DNA from: Candidatus Dojkabacteria bacterium | GTDB taxonomy: Bacteria > Patescibacteriota > Dojkabacteria > J137 | Assembly (NCBI GenBank): GCA_030834985.1 | Contig: JAUQWV010000003.1 | Span: 64,656 to 128,655 of the forward strand | Direction of reading: 5' to 3' | Length of the DNA: 64,000 bases | Part shown: positions 1 to 8,196 of the stretch, one piece after another | Numbering within the stretch: the stretch's first letter is position 1 | Layout of the letters: each line of letters opens with the position of its first letter | Position numbers and translations under genes: made by a program | The notes under the pieces: generated by a model | What the model was told of the DNA's origin: nothing | The model's database searches: none | What the model saw: the letters and a program-made list of their open reading frames with translations, nothing else

Positions 1-2933
1 GTTTTCCAGCTTATAGAAACTTGATTCTCTGAGATGACTTCCATATTAACACACTTTTGACTATCCGAAGCTCTTTTTATGTATCTTTCCACCGGCAGAT
101 TCTCAACTGTAATAGAATTATCGGCAATGTTAGCAGGTAAGCATAAAGATACTATTGCTGTTGAAGTTAAGTTCGGAAATTTAAAATTAAGCCTATTAGT
201 TAATGCATATTCGCCATCAATTACACTTTCGAATGCAGTTGTATAACTTGGAAGCTTGTCTGAACCTAAATATTTAGGATCAGAAACCCCAAAGGCAATA
301 TCTACAAAATGGTTAGTATTCTTAAATTGTACATCGTTAAAATCTTCTGTAACAACAAAATCCTGATATGCTAAACCGTTTGTTGATAAAACTATGTTCT
401 TAGCCAGCTGATTTGTTTTTAAGGTTGAAAGCAAATCAGCTGGCCTTTCTTTAAAAGAATCAACTAGGTTGCCAAGACTAAAAGCTGTAAGCTGTGCAAT
501 AGTAGCATTCCGATTTCTTAAAGTTTCATTTCCTACTTGAGCAATTTTTAATTGACCTAATAAATCTCCTGAACCGAATTCTATCGAGTTAATCTCCAAA
601 GTATTACCAGTACTATCTTTAACAAACTGTAGAATTGAACTAAGTGAGCTTAAATTAATAGTTGCGACAGCTGCAATATCTCTAGAATAAGTATCTTTAA
701 ATACCTTCGTTACTAAGCCAGTAAATGTATCAAAGTCCTTTACATTTGCTAGGTCATTAAAGACTAAATTATCCTTAACTTTTACATCTATTTGCCTTAA
801 ATTAATTTCCTGTAAGTCTTTATCTGTAAGACTGTTGAACTTAAAACTTGTATCGTCTGTTGACTGCACTACTGCTTCAGCAATACTTCCTTTATTTAAA
901 GTTATTAAGGCATAAGCACTAATATATCCCCCAACTGGCGTTGGAACAGTATTATCTAATACTAGAATTACATAAGATTTAGGGGAGTCGATTCCAAATA
1001 GGGAATTAAAGTATTCAGCACTTTCCATTTGACTTGTAGAGTCTGCAAATTCTAATAATGCTTTATTTGTTGAAGCTAAATTTTGAGTAATAAAACCAGG
1101 AATTAGATTGTAATCTATCGACTCTAGTACATTTGCTGCCTTTTGAATTTTATCGATACCATTTTTTATATACGGCAGATTTGTATTTAAATTTGTAAAG
1201 GCCGATGAATAGTCTGCACCCTGGTTAGACAAAGATATATAGCTATCTGTTGCCGCTCTTTGTATTGTATTATTCTCAAATGATTTTAAGTATTGATTGA
1301 ATGGTGTTAAACCTAAACTTAGATTTTGCGCTCCGTCAATAAATGTAGAATAAGCATCTAAATTTTTTTCAAGCTCTGCAAACTGTTCATTTAAAGCAAA
1401 TAAGTTAGCTACTCCTTGAAACCTTAAAATAATATTTTTAGTATCTTCATAATGAAAATCAATTGTATCTAAATTCTTTTTTAAAGCATTAAAGTCACCT
1501 TTTTTAAAATTGTTTTCTGCGGCAGAAATTTCTGGATGTAAAACCAGCAAATTTCTGCCTACCGCTACGGCAGGTGAAAAGTAATTTATATAAACAAAAG
1601 CGAATAATATAATTAAAGCAAGGATTCCTAGGATTTGAGCCGGGCTTTTATTCTTAAAAATATTAAAGGTCGAACCTAATCCTCTAAAAAATTCCCATAA
1701 AAAATCATCGACCTTTTCACGGAATGTTTTTTTTCGTTTTTTTCTTTCTTTTAAACTTAAAGATGCGGCTTCAATACTTTTTTTACGCAGCTCTTCTTGT
1801 TTTTTTCGTTCTGCAATAAGTCTTCCAACTGCACTATTTTCACCTTCAACTATGGCCTGTTCACTCTCTGCAATTGCTAAAAAGCCTTTAATTTTATCTA
1901 CTAATGTTCCTTGACCTTTACCTTTTTTCTCTAACTCAGGTCCGTTCTCTAAAGCATAGATCTTTGCAGCAGCTAAAGACTGCTTTACTGCTTTCTCAAA
2001 AGGAACTTTAGGCGTCCAGCCGATACTCGATAAGTTTGGAGCTGGTTTATAAAGCTTTAAAGGAGGCAGATTATCCTCTTCATCTATAAACACGATCTCT
2101 CTCGCATCAGTGTCATACTCCTGAATCTTGTATGCTAGTGCTAGGTTTGTAAATGGGGTTTCGTATGTTGCAGAATAAATTTCTCCTGAGGTGACTCTAG
2201 AAAATTGTGCTTTAATTATTCCGTAAGCAACATCTAAAATATGAACATACCACTCTGAATCAAGACCATCCTTACTTAATCGAATTTGATTATTTGTAAC
2301 AGCATCTAATAATATCTCTGTAAAAGCAGTTTTTTTTGTAAAGTCTAAACCGTCTCCGATAATTTCGCCTAAGCGAACAATTCTTACATCTAATCTATCG
2401 CGTTCAAAGTACTCCATTACTAAACTCTCTGCGTATTTTTGTAATTCCATTTCTGTATACACAGTATGCCGACCAGTATTTAAGCCGTAACCAAATTCCA
2501 TATTTAGATCTTGTTTTGCCAAAACAAGTTGGTGAGCCTTTATTGATGTTGTTAACAAGAATTTTGCATTAAATTTCTTTGTTAAATTTAATGTTGCATC
2601 CAAATAGTTAGATAAAGTTAAAAACTCACTTGTAGAGATTTTATTACTTAAATTATCAGCTTCATGTTGAAAATAGAATACATAGTCTAATCTACGTAAG
2701 TCTTCATCTAGATGAGGAATTGCAGTGTAATCTACAAAGCTAATTAATGTATGATCATTAAAGGCGCTTAGTTTTGCTTCAGTATCTTTTGTATATGAAT
2801 CAACTAAAATTACATAACCACCCTGCTCAATCAAAGACTCTGCAATCTCAAGACCGAGCCTGTTTAAACCTCCGATAATTAACGAGGTTGGATATTTTAT
2901 TGTATTTTTTAATCTATATTTTTCGGGTATCAT
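1..2933 (-). CDS. Large envelope protein, C-terminally truncated by the window edge (>977 aa): N-terminal NAD(P)-binding Rossmann/SDR-epimerase-like domain, one TM helix, and a large extracytoplasmic region containing a DUF4012-like motif
   Basis: No complete ORF is listed for 1..2940 on any strand. Manual reverse-complement translation from ATG at 2933..2931 gives an uninterrupted frame to position 1, beginning MIPEKYRLKNTIKYPTSLIIGGLNRLGLEIAESLIEQGGYVILVD (Rossmann GxxGxxG-like). It continues through a hydrophobic segment ILGILALIILFAFVYINYF and then ...PKSYVILVLDNTVPTPVGGYISAYALITLNKG, which resembles the DUF4012 signature YLvlfqNnaE.R.tGGfiGsya. The TAG stop of the upstream PEGA gene lies immediately 5' of the ATG. 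Confidence 0.55.
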   Translation of the reverse strand, partial: MIPEKYRLKNTIKYPTSLIIGGLNRLGLEIAESLIEQGGYVILVDSYTKDTEAKLSAFNDHTLISFVDYTAIPHLDEDLRRLDYVFYFQHEADNLSNKISTSEFLTLSNYLDATLNLTKKFNAKFLLTTSIKAHQLVLAKQDLNMEFGYGLNTGRHTVYTEMELQKYAESLVMEYFERDRLDVRIVRLGEIIGDGLDFTKKTAFTEILLDAVTNNQIRLSKDGLDSEWYVHILDVAYGIIKAQFSRVTSGEIYSATYETPFTNLALAYKIQEYDTDAREIVFIDEEDNLPPLKLYKPAPNLSSIGWTPKVPFEKAVKQSLAAAKIYALENGPELEKKGKGQGTLVDKIKGFLAIAESEQAIVEGENSAVGRLIAERKKQEELRKKSIEAASLSLKERKKRKKTFREKVDDFLWEFFRGLGSTFNIFKNKSPAQILGILALIILFAFVYINYFSPAVAVGRNLLVLHPEISAAENNFKKGDFNALKKNLDTIDFHYEDTKNIILRFQGVANLFALNEQFAELEKNLDAYSTFIDGAQNLSLGLTPFNQYLKSFENNTIQRAATDSYISLSNQGADYSSAFTNLNTNLPYIKNGIDKIQKAANVLESIDYNLIPGFITQNLASTNKALLEFADSTSQMESAEYFNSLFGIDSPKSYVILVLDNTVPTPVGGYISAYALITLNKGSIAEAVVQSTDDTSFKFNSLTDKDLQEINLRQIDVKVKDNLVFNDLANVKDFDTFTGLVTKVFKDTYSRDIAAVATINLSSLSSILQFVKDSTGNTLEINSIEFGSGDLLGQLKIAQVGNETLRNRNATIAQLTAFSLGNLVDSFKERPADLLSTLKTNQLAKNIVLSTNGLAYQDFVVTEDFNDVQFKNTNHFVDIAFGVSDPKYLGSDKLPSYTTAFESVIDGEYALTNRLNFKFPNLTSTAIVSLCLPANIADNSITVENLPVERYIKRASDSQKCVNMEVISENQVSISWK

Positions 2934-2940
2934 CTATTTT

Positions 2941-3627
2941 TTAAATTGTATTTACTTCAACTGGCTGCAGCATTAGCTGAACGTCAATATTTAAATCAAA
3001 AAATTTAATTTTATCTCTATCTTCCTGTGTTTCCGGTAAGATTGTAAATTCTAAAGGTTCGTAACCAGTTTTACTTATTTTTAATCTATGCTGTGAATTT
3101 AAATCTAGATTAGTTGAAACATTTTGACCAGTAATTCTTTCTGCTGGTACGCCATCAATACTAAAATTAAAATTTTCAGTAGATACATTTATATTTAATT
3201 TTGAATTTGAAGATTCAACTCCTTTCTTAGTGGCATAAATAATATGACCTTCACTAAATTGTTCATCTGGTCCTAAGTTATATGCAACAACAACCGTAGA
3301 ACCAGTAATAAAATCAATCAGTTTACTAAAGTCTGAATAAGTATCTGCAAACTCACCTGTACGCTTTATTGTTAATAAATGTTCACCCGGTTCAACTCGA
3401 TAAACAAAATAAGGTGAGTTTTCCGGAGTTACTTTACCTTCAGAATGCCCATCTAAAAATATTTCCAGTTCACCAGCTAAAGAACTAACTTGCAAACCTG
3501 CAATTGATTCTGGTTTTGTCACACCAATAAGTGCGCCTAAGTCTATATTCCAGCGAAGCCATGGTGACCAAACAGCCAGTAAAACTAAAGCTACAAATAT
3601 AAGTGTTATTGTTAGAATTCGTTTCAT
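2941..3627 (-). CDS. Membrane-anchored protein with two PEGA domains
   Basis: N-terminal TM helix MKRILTITLIFVALVLLAVW. Two PEGA-like segments: IFLDGHSEGKVTP...YRVEPGEHLLTIKRTGE and FSIDGVPAERITGQ...HRLKISKTGYEPLEF. Its stop abuts the start of the downstream large protein, indicating an operon. Confidence 0.6.
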   Translation of the reverse strand: MKRILTITLIFVALVLLAVWSPWLRWNIDLGALIGVTKPESIAGLQVSSLAGELEIFLDGHSEGKVTPENSPYFVYRVEPGEHLLTIKRTGEFADTYSDFSKLIDFITGSTVVVAYNLGPDEQFSEGHIIYATKKGVESSNSKLNINVSTENFNFSIDGVPAERITGQNVSTNLDLNSQHRLKISKTGYEPLEFTILPETQEDRDKIKFFDLNIDVQLMLQPVEVNTI

Positions 3628-3697
3628 AGTTATGCAATACTCCCAACATAACTATTCTACAAGAAATGCAAGCGAGTTGAAAGGATTAAAACTTTGC

Positions 3698-4594
3698 TTA
3701 TTTTGCCCAAGATTTAAGAATATCTACTTGTGCCTTAGCACCTTCAGGTGTGTCCAGGGACGGCGTTTCTAAGATAAAGTCCTTATTTTTTAATTTGGGA
3801 TGATTTAGAAACGCCGTCATAGCATCTTTACCAATCTTAGCACTAGGAGAATCCAAATCCTCATGTCGATCTCGGTGTGATGCAAACTCTGTTTTTGAAT
3901 CATTAAAATGTACTACAGGAATTTTATTTAAACCCAATATCTTATCAGCTAGCTCTACTACATTTTCTAAATCATTAATTAAATCGTATCCAGAAGCAAA
4001 CATATGCTGAGTATCTAAACAGAAGCCTAGTTTTGGCTTATGCTCATCTTTAACAGCAGTATAAATCTCGGCCAATTCTTCAAATCTATCGCCTACTACA
4101 CTTCCTGAACCAGCTGCAATCTCTAAAAATAGTCTAGGTTTATTCCAAAATTCGTTATTAGAACCTGCACTTGGGAGCTTTTCTAGTTCGTCAAATATCC
4201 AATTTAAGCCGTATACAACTCTTTCGTATCCGATTTTTTCTTCGGGCTGATCTTTCATAGAACCAGTATGGAATATCACTCCATCTCCATTAATTCTACG
4301 AAGTAATTCCATATGATTTACAATCGACATCTTTGATAAATGAAATTTCTGCTTATCTGGATTTGCTAAATTTATTAAATAAATTCCATGAAAATAAACT
4401 TTTTTAATATTTTTATCAGAAGCTTTAACCTCTAAATATTTTTCGATAGCCTCATCTTTAAAGGGTTGTGTATTCCATCTTTGAGGTGGCGCAGGATGAG
4501 TCATAACAGTATTTACGCCTAAAGCATTACCACGCTCAATAATATTAAAAAGCCCACCTGCCGAAGAGACAAAACATCCTAAATATCTATCCAT
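3698..4594 (-). CDS. nfo: Endonuclease IV (AP endonuclease family 2)
   Basis: Sugar-phosphate isomerase/epimerase (xylose isomerase-like) TIM-barrel fold typical of Nfo (AP endonuclease family 2), with metal-ligand regions ...IFHTGS..., ...FCLDTQHMFASGYD... and ...VVHFNDSK...HRDRHEDL. Length 298 aa. Confidence 0.85.
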   Translation of the reverse strand: MDRYLGCFVSSAGGLFNIIERGNALGVNTVMTHPAPPQRWNTQPFKDEAIEKYLEVKASDKNIKKVYFHGIYLINLANPDKQKFHLSKMSIVNHMELLRRINGDGVIFHTGSMKDQPEEKIGYERVVYGLNWIFDELEKLPSAGSNNEFWNKPRLFLEIAAGSGSVVGDRFEELAEIYTAVKDEHKPKLGFCLDTQHMFASGYDLINDLENVVELADKILGLNKIPVVHFNDSKTEFASHRDRHEDLDSPSAKIGKDAMTAFLNHPKLKNKDFILETPSLDTPEGAKAQVDILKSWAK

Positions 4595-4595
4595 A

Positions 4596-5441
4596 CTATT
4601 TTTTATTTCTAAAGAATATTGAAATTATTAATCCTGAAAACAAAATAAGAATTAAACTTATATAAAAATATTCTGGTGTCCTTGCTTGAGTGTTATCTCT
4701 AAATAATAGAAGTAGTGCAATAAAAAAATTACTGACAACAATTATTGAAGAATACTTACTAAATCTATACATATCATCAGAAGTTCTAACAGAATACTTA
4801 GTATTAATAGATTGCATTACATTTCCGCAGAACTCCTTTGCATAGCTAAGTTCATCTTCTAGATATGTTTTCTTGTAATTCAATGCTGTTTGCAAAGTTT
4901 TACTAATATAATCATCTACAAGTTCGATCAACTTATCTTGATTTGCAAATATTAGATTAATTGTAGATATATTCAATTGTGCGTTCGTTAAATGTCTTAT
5001 TACTTTATAGTTATCAGCTTTGTCGGCATATTCTTTTCTAATTTCATTTATATCGTAAAGAATATGGTTAATAATTCTAGAAACATCTTCAAATACTAAA
5101 GATAAAAACTGTTCAAAAAAACTCCCAAATGATTTTGCAGAAATTGCTGCAACCTCTTGGCTGTATTTTTCAAAAAAGTACGATGAATTATTTGCAAATA
5201 GATTAATCTGTTTTTCTTTTAAATCTACAAGAATATTAATCTCTACTGAATCAATAGATTTTCTTTTAGCGTTATACTCTGGAATATAAAAAATCATAAA
5301 AAGAAAATCTTCATTCTCCACAAACTCAACTCTTGAGTTGGGAACGGTAATTTTGTTCTTAATCTCGTCTGGGACAGGAAGTTTCTGTAGCTCAGCATTA
5401 AGCACCTCTACAGGAAGATTTAAGTGAAGTTTTACATTCAT
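4596..5441 (-). CDS. CorA-like 2-TM membrane protein (putative divalent-cation transporter family); the canonical GMN motif is not evident
   Basis: Cytoplasmic alpha/beta N-terminal domain followed by two C-terminal TM helices, matching CorA topology. No GMN motif precedes TM1. Its start overlaps the nfo stop (4594/4596). Confidence 0.3.
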   Translation of the reverse strand: MNVKLHLNLPVEVLNAELQKLPVPDEIKNKITVPNSRVEFVENEDFLFMIFYIPEYNAKRKSIDSVEINILVDLKEKQINLFANNSSYFFEKYSQEVAAISAKSFGSFFEQFLSLVFEDVSRIINHILYDINEIRKEYADKADNYKVIRHLTNAQLNISTINLIFANQDKLIELVDDYISKTLQTALNYKKTYLEDELSYAKEFCGNVMQSINTKYSVRTSDDMYRFSKYSSIIVVSNFFIALLLLFRDNTQARTPEYFYISLILILFSGLIISIFFRNKK

Positions 5442-5454
5442 AGTATAAAATTTT

Positions 5455-5727
5455 TCAAAGATTATTATCTGGAACAGCTGAGCTCACAGGAATATCTTCA
5501 ACTGGATAAGATACAGTTTCTTCTCCTAATACTTTACCTTTAATATCTAGACTTGACTCCTCTGTTTCAATATCGGTTCCTAAAGGTTCTACTTCTGCCG
5601 GCTGTGAAAATGCATTAAGTAATAAAACTATAACAATAAATGTTCCAAACACTAATACTGATGGCGATACATAAGCTGACAACGAATTATGTGTTTTAAA
5701 CTTTAAAATTCCATTGGAAAGACTCAT
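5455..5727 (-). CDS. Small membrane protein with an acidic C-terminal tail (hypothetical)
   Basis: 90 aa. One TM helix (VLVFGTFIVIVLLLNAF) followed by an E/D-rich tail. Co-directional and tightly spaced with the gatB/CorA-like/nfo operon. Confidence 0.4.
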   Translation of the reverse strand: MSLSNGILKFKTHNSLSAYVSPSVLVFGTFIVIVLLLNAFSQPAEVEPLGTDIETEESSLDIKGKVLGEETVSYPVEDIPVSSAVPDNNL

Positions 5728-5772
5728 TGTATAACTATACAGTTTTATTCTTATTCGTTCAACCGCTTGCGA

Positions 5773-7224
5773 TCAGTTGTTTAGAAGTTTTCTTATTTCT
5801 TCTTCAGCAATTCTAGGATTAACTTTTCCCTGTGACAATTTCATTACTTGTCCAACAAGTGCCTTTATTACATTAGGATTTTTTGCAAAATCCGCAACAA
5901 GTTTTGGATTTTGCTCAATCGCCTGTTTAGCAAAGTTTTCAACTTCTGAAGAATCTGTTATTTGTACTAGACCAAGTTCTGTTACTAGGTCATTAATACT
6001 TTTTTTAGCGTTGTTTTCTTCAACTAATCTAGCTTCTATCAGTTTTTTTACACCTATTCCAGAGATCTTCTTTTGAGCTAGTAACTGTACGATTTCTAAT
6101 AGATCCTGCTGTGTAAGATTAATCTGATCAATTTCTTTATTTAATTTTTCTAATCTGCCTGAAATTTCACCTACAACCCATTTAGCAGCTTCTTTTACTA
6201 ATTCTTTTTGTGAATCTAGCTTTAAAAGTTCATCAAACCAGTCACCTTTTGTTCTATCATCTACAAAAATATCTGCCTGCTCGCTTTCTAAACCTACATC
6301 CATATAACGCTGCTTACGCTCGTGCGGCAGTTCTGGTATTGAATTTGCAAGTTCTTGGATTTGGGCATCGGAGATGTGAATTGGGGGGATGTCCGGTTCT
6401 GGGAAATACCGATAATCATCAGCGGTTTCTTTAGACCGTTGAAAAAACGTTTCACCGGACATCCCCTTTAAACCTCGTGTTTGGCTCTTAATCTTCTCAG
6501 CTTTATCTAAAAGCTCTGATTGCCTTTGAACTTCAAAATTTAAAACTTTTTCTAATACAGAAATAGAACCAATATTTTTTACTTCAACTTTATAGTCTGG
6601 TAGCTGCCCTGCTGGCATTGAATCTGGCTTTACACTTATATTTAATTCAAATCTCATCTGGCCTTTTTGCATTTCTGCATCAGATATATCCAAGTACTTA
6701 ACTATCTGTTTTAATCTTTTAGAAAATAGAATTACTTCTTCAACAGACTCAAAGTCTGGATAAGTTACGATTTCAATCAAGGGCACGCCGGATTTATTGT
6801 AGTCTATTAAAGTATCGTCATTTTCGGCATGCAAAGACTTAGCTGTATCTTCTTCTAAATGCAACCTTTGGATTCGGATCCTTCTAGAATCTCCCATCAC
6901 TTCAATCTCTACAAAACCATTCTCTCCAATAGGTTGGTCGTATTGAGAAATCTGATATCCTTTTGGTAAATCAGGATAAAAATAGTTTTTTCTATCAAAC
7001 TTTGTTTCCTTATTGATGGTACAGTTTAATGCTATTGCCAATTTTAATGCTTTGTTAAAAGCCTCTTTATTTGGAACAGGCAATGCACCCGGCAATCCAA
7101 AACATACTGGGCAAACATGCGTATTAGGCTCACTTTCAAAATATTGAGAAGCACACCTGCAAAACATTTTTGAGTTAGTTTTGACTTGAAGATGAATTTC
7201 TAAACCAACTACCGGTAAATACAT
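5773..7224 (-). CDS. gatB: Asp-tRNA(Asn)/Glu-tRNA(Gln) amidotransferase subunit B
   Basis: MYLPVVGLEIHLQVKTNSKMFCRCAS...CPVCFGLPGALPV is the canonical GatB N terminus and Zn-binding Cys cluster, and the C-terminal GatB/YqeY domain is present. The listed ORF reaches 7347, but the conserved start is the internal Met at 7224, and the longer version would overlap the upstream gene. Confidence 0.9.
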   Translation of the reverse strand: MYLPVVGLEIHLQVKTNSKMFCRCASQYFESEPNTHVCPVCFGLPGALPVPNKEAFNKALKLAIALNCTINKETKFDRKNYFYPDLPKGYQISQYDQPIGENGFVEIEVMGDSRRIRIQRLHLEEDTAKSLHAENDDTLIDYNKSGVPLIEIVTYPDFESVEEVILFSKRLKQIVKYLDISDAEMQKGQMRFELNISVKPDSMPAGQLPDYKVEVKNIGSISVLEKVLNFEVQRQSELLDKAEKIKSQTRGLKGMSGETFFQRSKETADDYRYFPEPDIPPIHISDAQIQELANSIPELPHERKQRYMDVGLESEQADIFVDDRTKGDWFDELLKLDSQKELVKEAAKWVVGEISGRLEKLNKEIDQINLTQQDLLEIVQLLAQKKISGIGVKKLIEARLVEENNAKKSINDLVTELGLVQITDSSEVENFAKQAIEQNPKLVADFAKNPNVIKALVGQVMKLSQGKVNPRIAEEEIRKLLNN

Positions 7225-7270
7225 AATTGTATATGTTAAATCGACTAGATTATATACCAATTTGAAGCTA

Positions 7271-8047
7271 CTAGTTAAAAAAACAGTTCCAGTTGAATAT
7301 ATCTTCAACTCCTGAAGTCGGGCAGACTCCGTCTGCCCGACGTTCAAAAAAATTCAAATTTTGTAGTTTAACTACAGAATCCAAAGTATTTGTAGGTAAG
7401 ACTTCATTGCTTGTTAATCTCCAAAGCTGAATAGAAGCACCATATATTGTAACTAATACTGCCATAATCAATGCTACTTTTTTTACCTGCAAAATTTTAA
7501 ATACATCAATAAAGTTTTTAGCTTTTGTATTTTGGCTCTCTTTTAATTCTGGCTCTGCATCTTCAATAAAAGTTCCGCTAATCCATAAAGAAAGACCTAC
7601 TCCAAAGAATGCACCTGTAACAAATCTAATTAAATTATTGCTTGCATAAAGCGGTAAGTTTGAAAGAGTGCTTGCTCCTTCAATGTTTAAAGCCGTAAAA
7701 GCTGTTTGAATTCCACCATCTAAAGCAATAGGAATTACAAAAGGAATAACCCAATACCATTTAATTGGCTTTACTATTTTAAATTTTAATAGCCATGCCA
7801 CTACGGCTACCGCTAGCCAGATTCCGGTATCTCTGGCACACCAAGCAAATTGATAATCAAACAAATGGATTGAACGGGAAGCAAACTGATGACAAAAAAA
7901 GCTATAAACGAAGTAGATCATCTTAGCAGGAAGCTCTAGTCCTAGTCTTAAAAGTACAGGTGCTAGAATCGGCAAGGCTACTAAAGTCGTTAAAATTCCT
8001 AAATACAGATTATAAAAATTCTTATAGTAAGCGCTGTTTTTATGCAT
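7271..8047 (-). CDS. DUF2085-family integral membrane protein
   Basis: CHQFASRSIHLF...CARDTGIW matches the DUF2085 Cys/His motif. The protein has multiple TM helices. Confidence 0.5.
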   Translation of the reverse strand: MHKNSAYYKNFYNLYLGILTTLVALPILAPVLLRLGLELPAKMIYFVYSFFCHQFASRSIHLFDYQFAWCARDTGIWLAVAVVAWLLKFKIVKPIKWYWVIPFVIPIALDGGIQTAFTALNIEGASTLSNLPLYASNNLIRFVTGAFFGVGLSLWISGTFIEDAEPELKESQNTKAKNFIDVFKILQVKKVALIMAVLVTIYGASIQLWRLTSNEVLPTNTLDSVVKLQNLNFFERRADGVCPTSGVEDIFNWNCFFN

Positions 8048-8105
8048 AAATATCTTTAAACTGGCTAATTATAACCACAAGAAGTATAAAGTTATAGCTA
8101 CTTAA

Positions 8106-8114
8106 TGGTATAAT
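8106..8114 (+). promoter_or_regulatory. Extended -10 element (TGGTATAAT) upstream of rnj
   Basis: TGGTATAAT lies about 80 nt upstream of the rnj ATG in a divergent intergenic region. No clean -35 is present. Confidence 0.35.
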
Positions 8115-8196
8115 GCAGGAGCATTTGCTAAAAGCTTTGACCTATAAATACTTTAAGCGGTTAGCGAGTTATTTAATTAATTAGTTTTGTACCTAT

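Noticed and set aside
5777-6434. Plus-strand ORFs 5777..6076 and 6210..6434 listed in the track
   Set aside because: They lie entirely antisense to the well-supported gatB gene and have low-complexity translations with no motifs, so they are spurious shadow ORFs. The same reasoning rejects 12414..12626(-), 14999..15205(-), 18213..18560(+), 18675..18866(+), 19966..20163(+), 22942..23133(+), 25109..25294(+), 25176..25388(+), 26203..26400(+), 27748..27972(+), 29426..29668(+), 33616..33798(-), 34358..34549(-), 39710..39967(+), 40666..41016(+), 41964..42227(-), 43766..43954(+), 47139..47321(-), 48896..49093(-), 52657..52896(+), 53798..53986(+), 54321..54548(-), 55937..56179(+), 56264..56458(+), 56951..57172(-), 57124..57321(+) and 62259..62450(+), all antisense to or overlapping confidently assigned genes.
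7225-7347. N-terminal 41-codon extension of the gatB ORF as listed (start at 7347)
   Set aside because: The conserved GatB N terminus begins at the internal Met (MYLPVVGLEIHLQ, start 7224). The extension has no homology-like character and would overlap the upstream DUF2085 gene.
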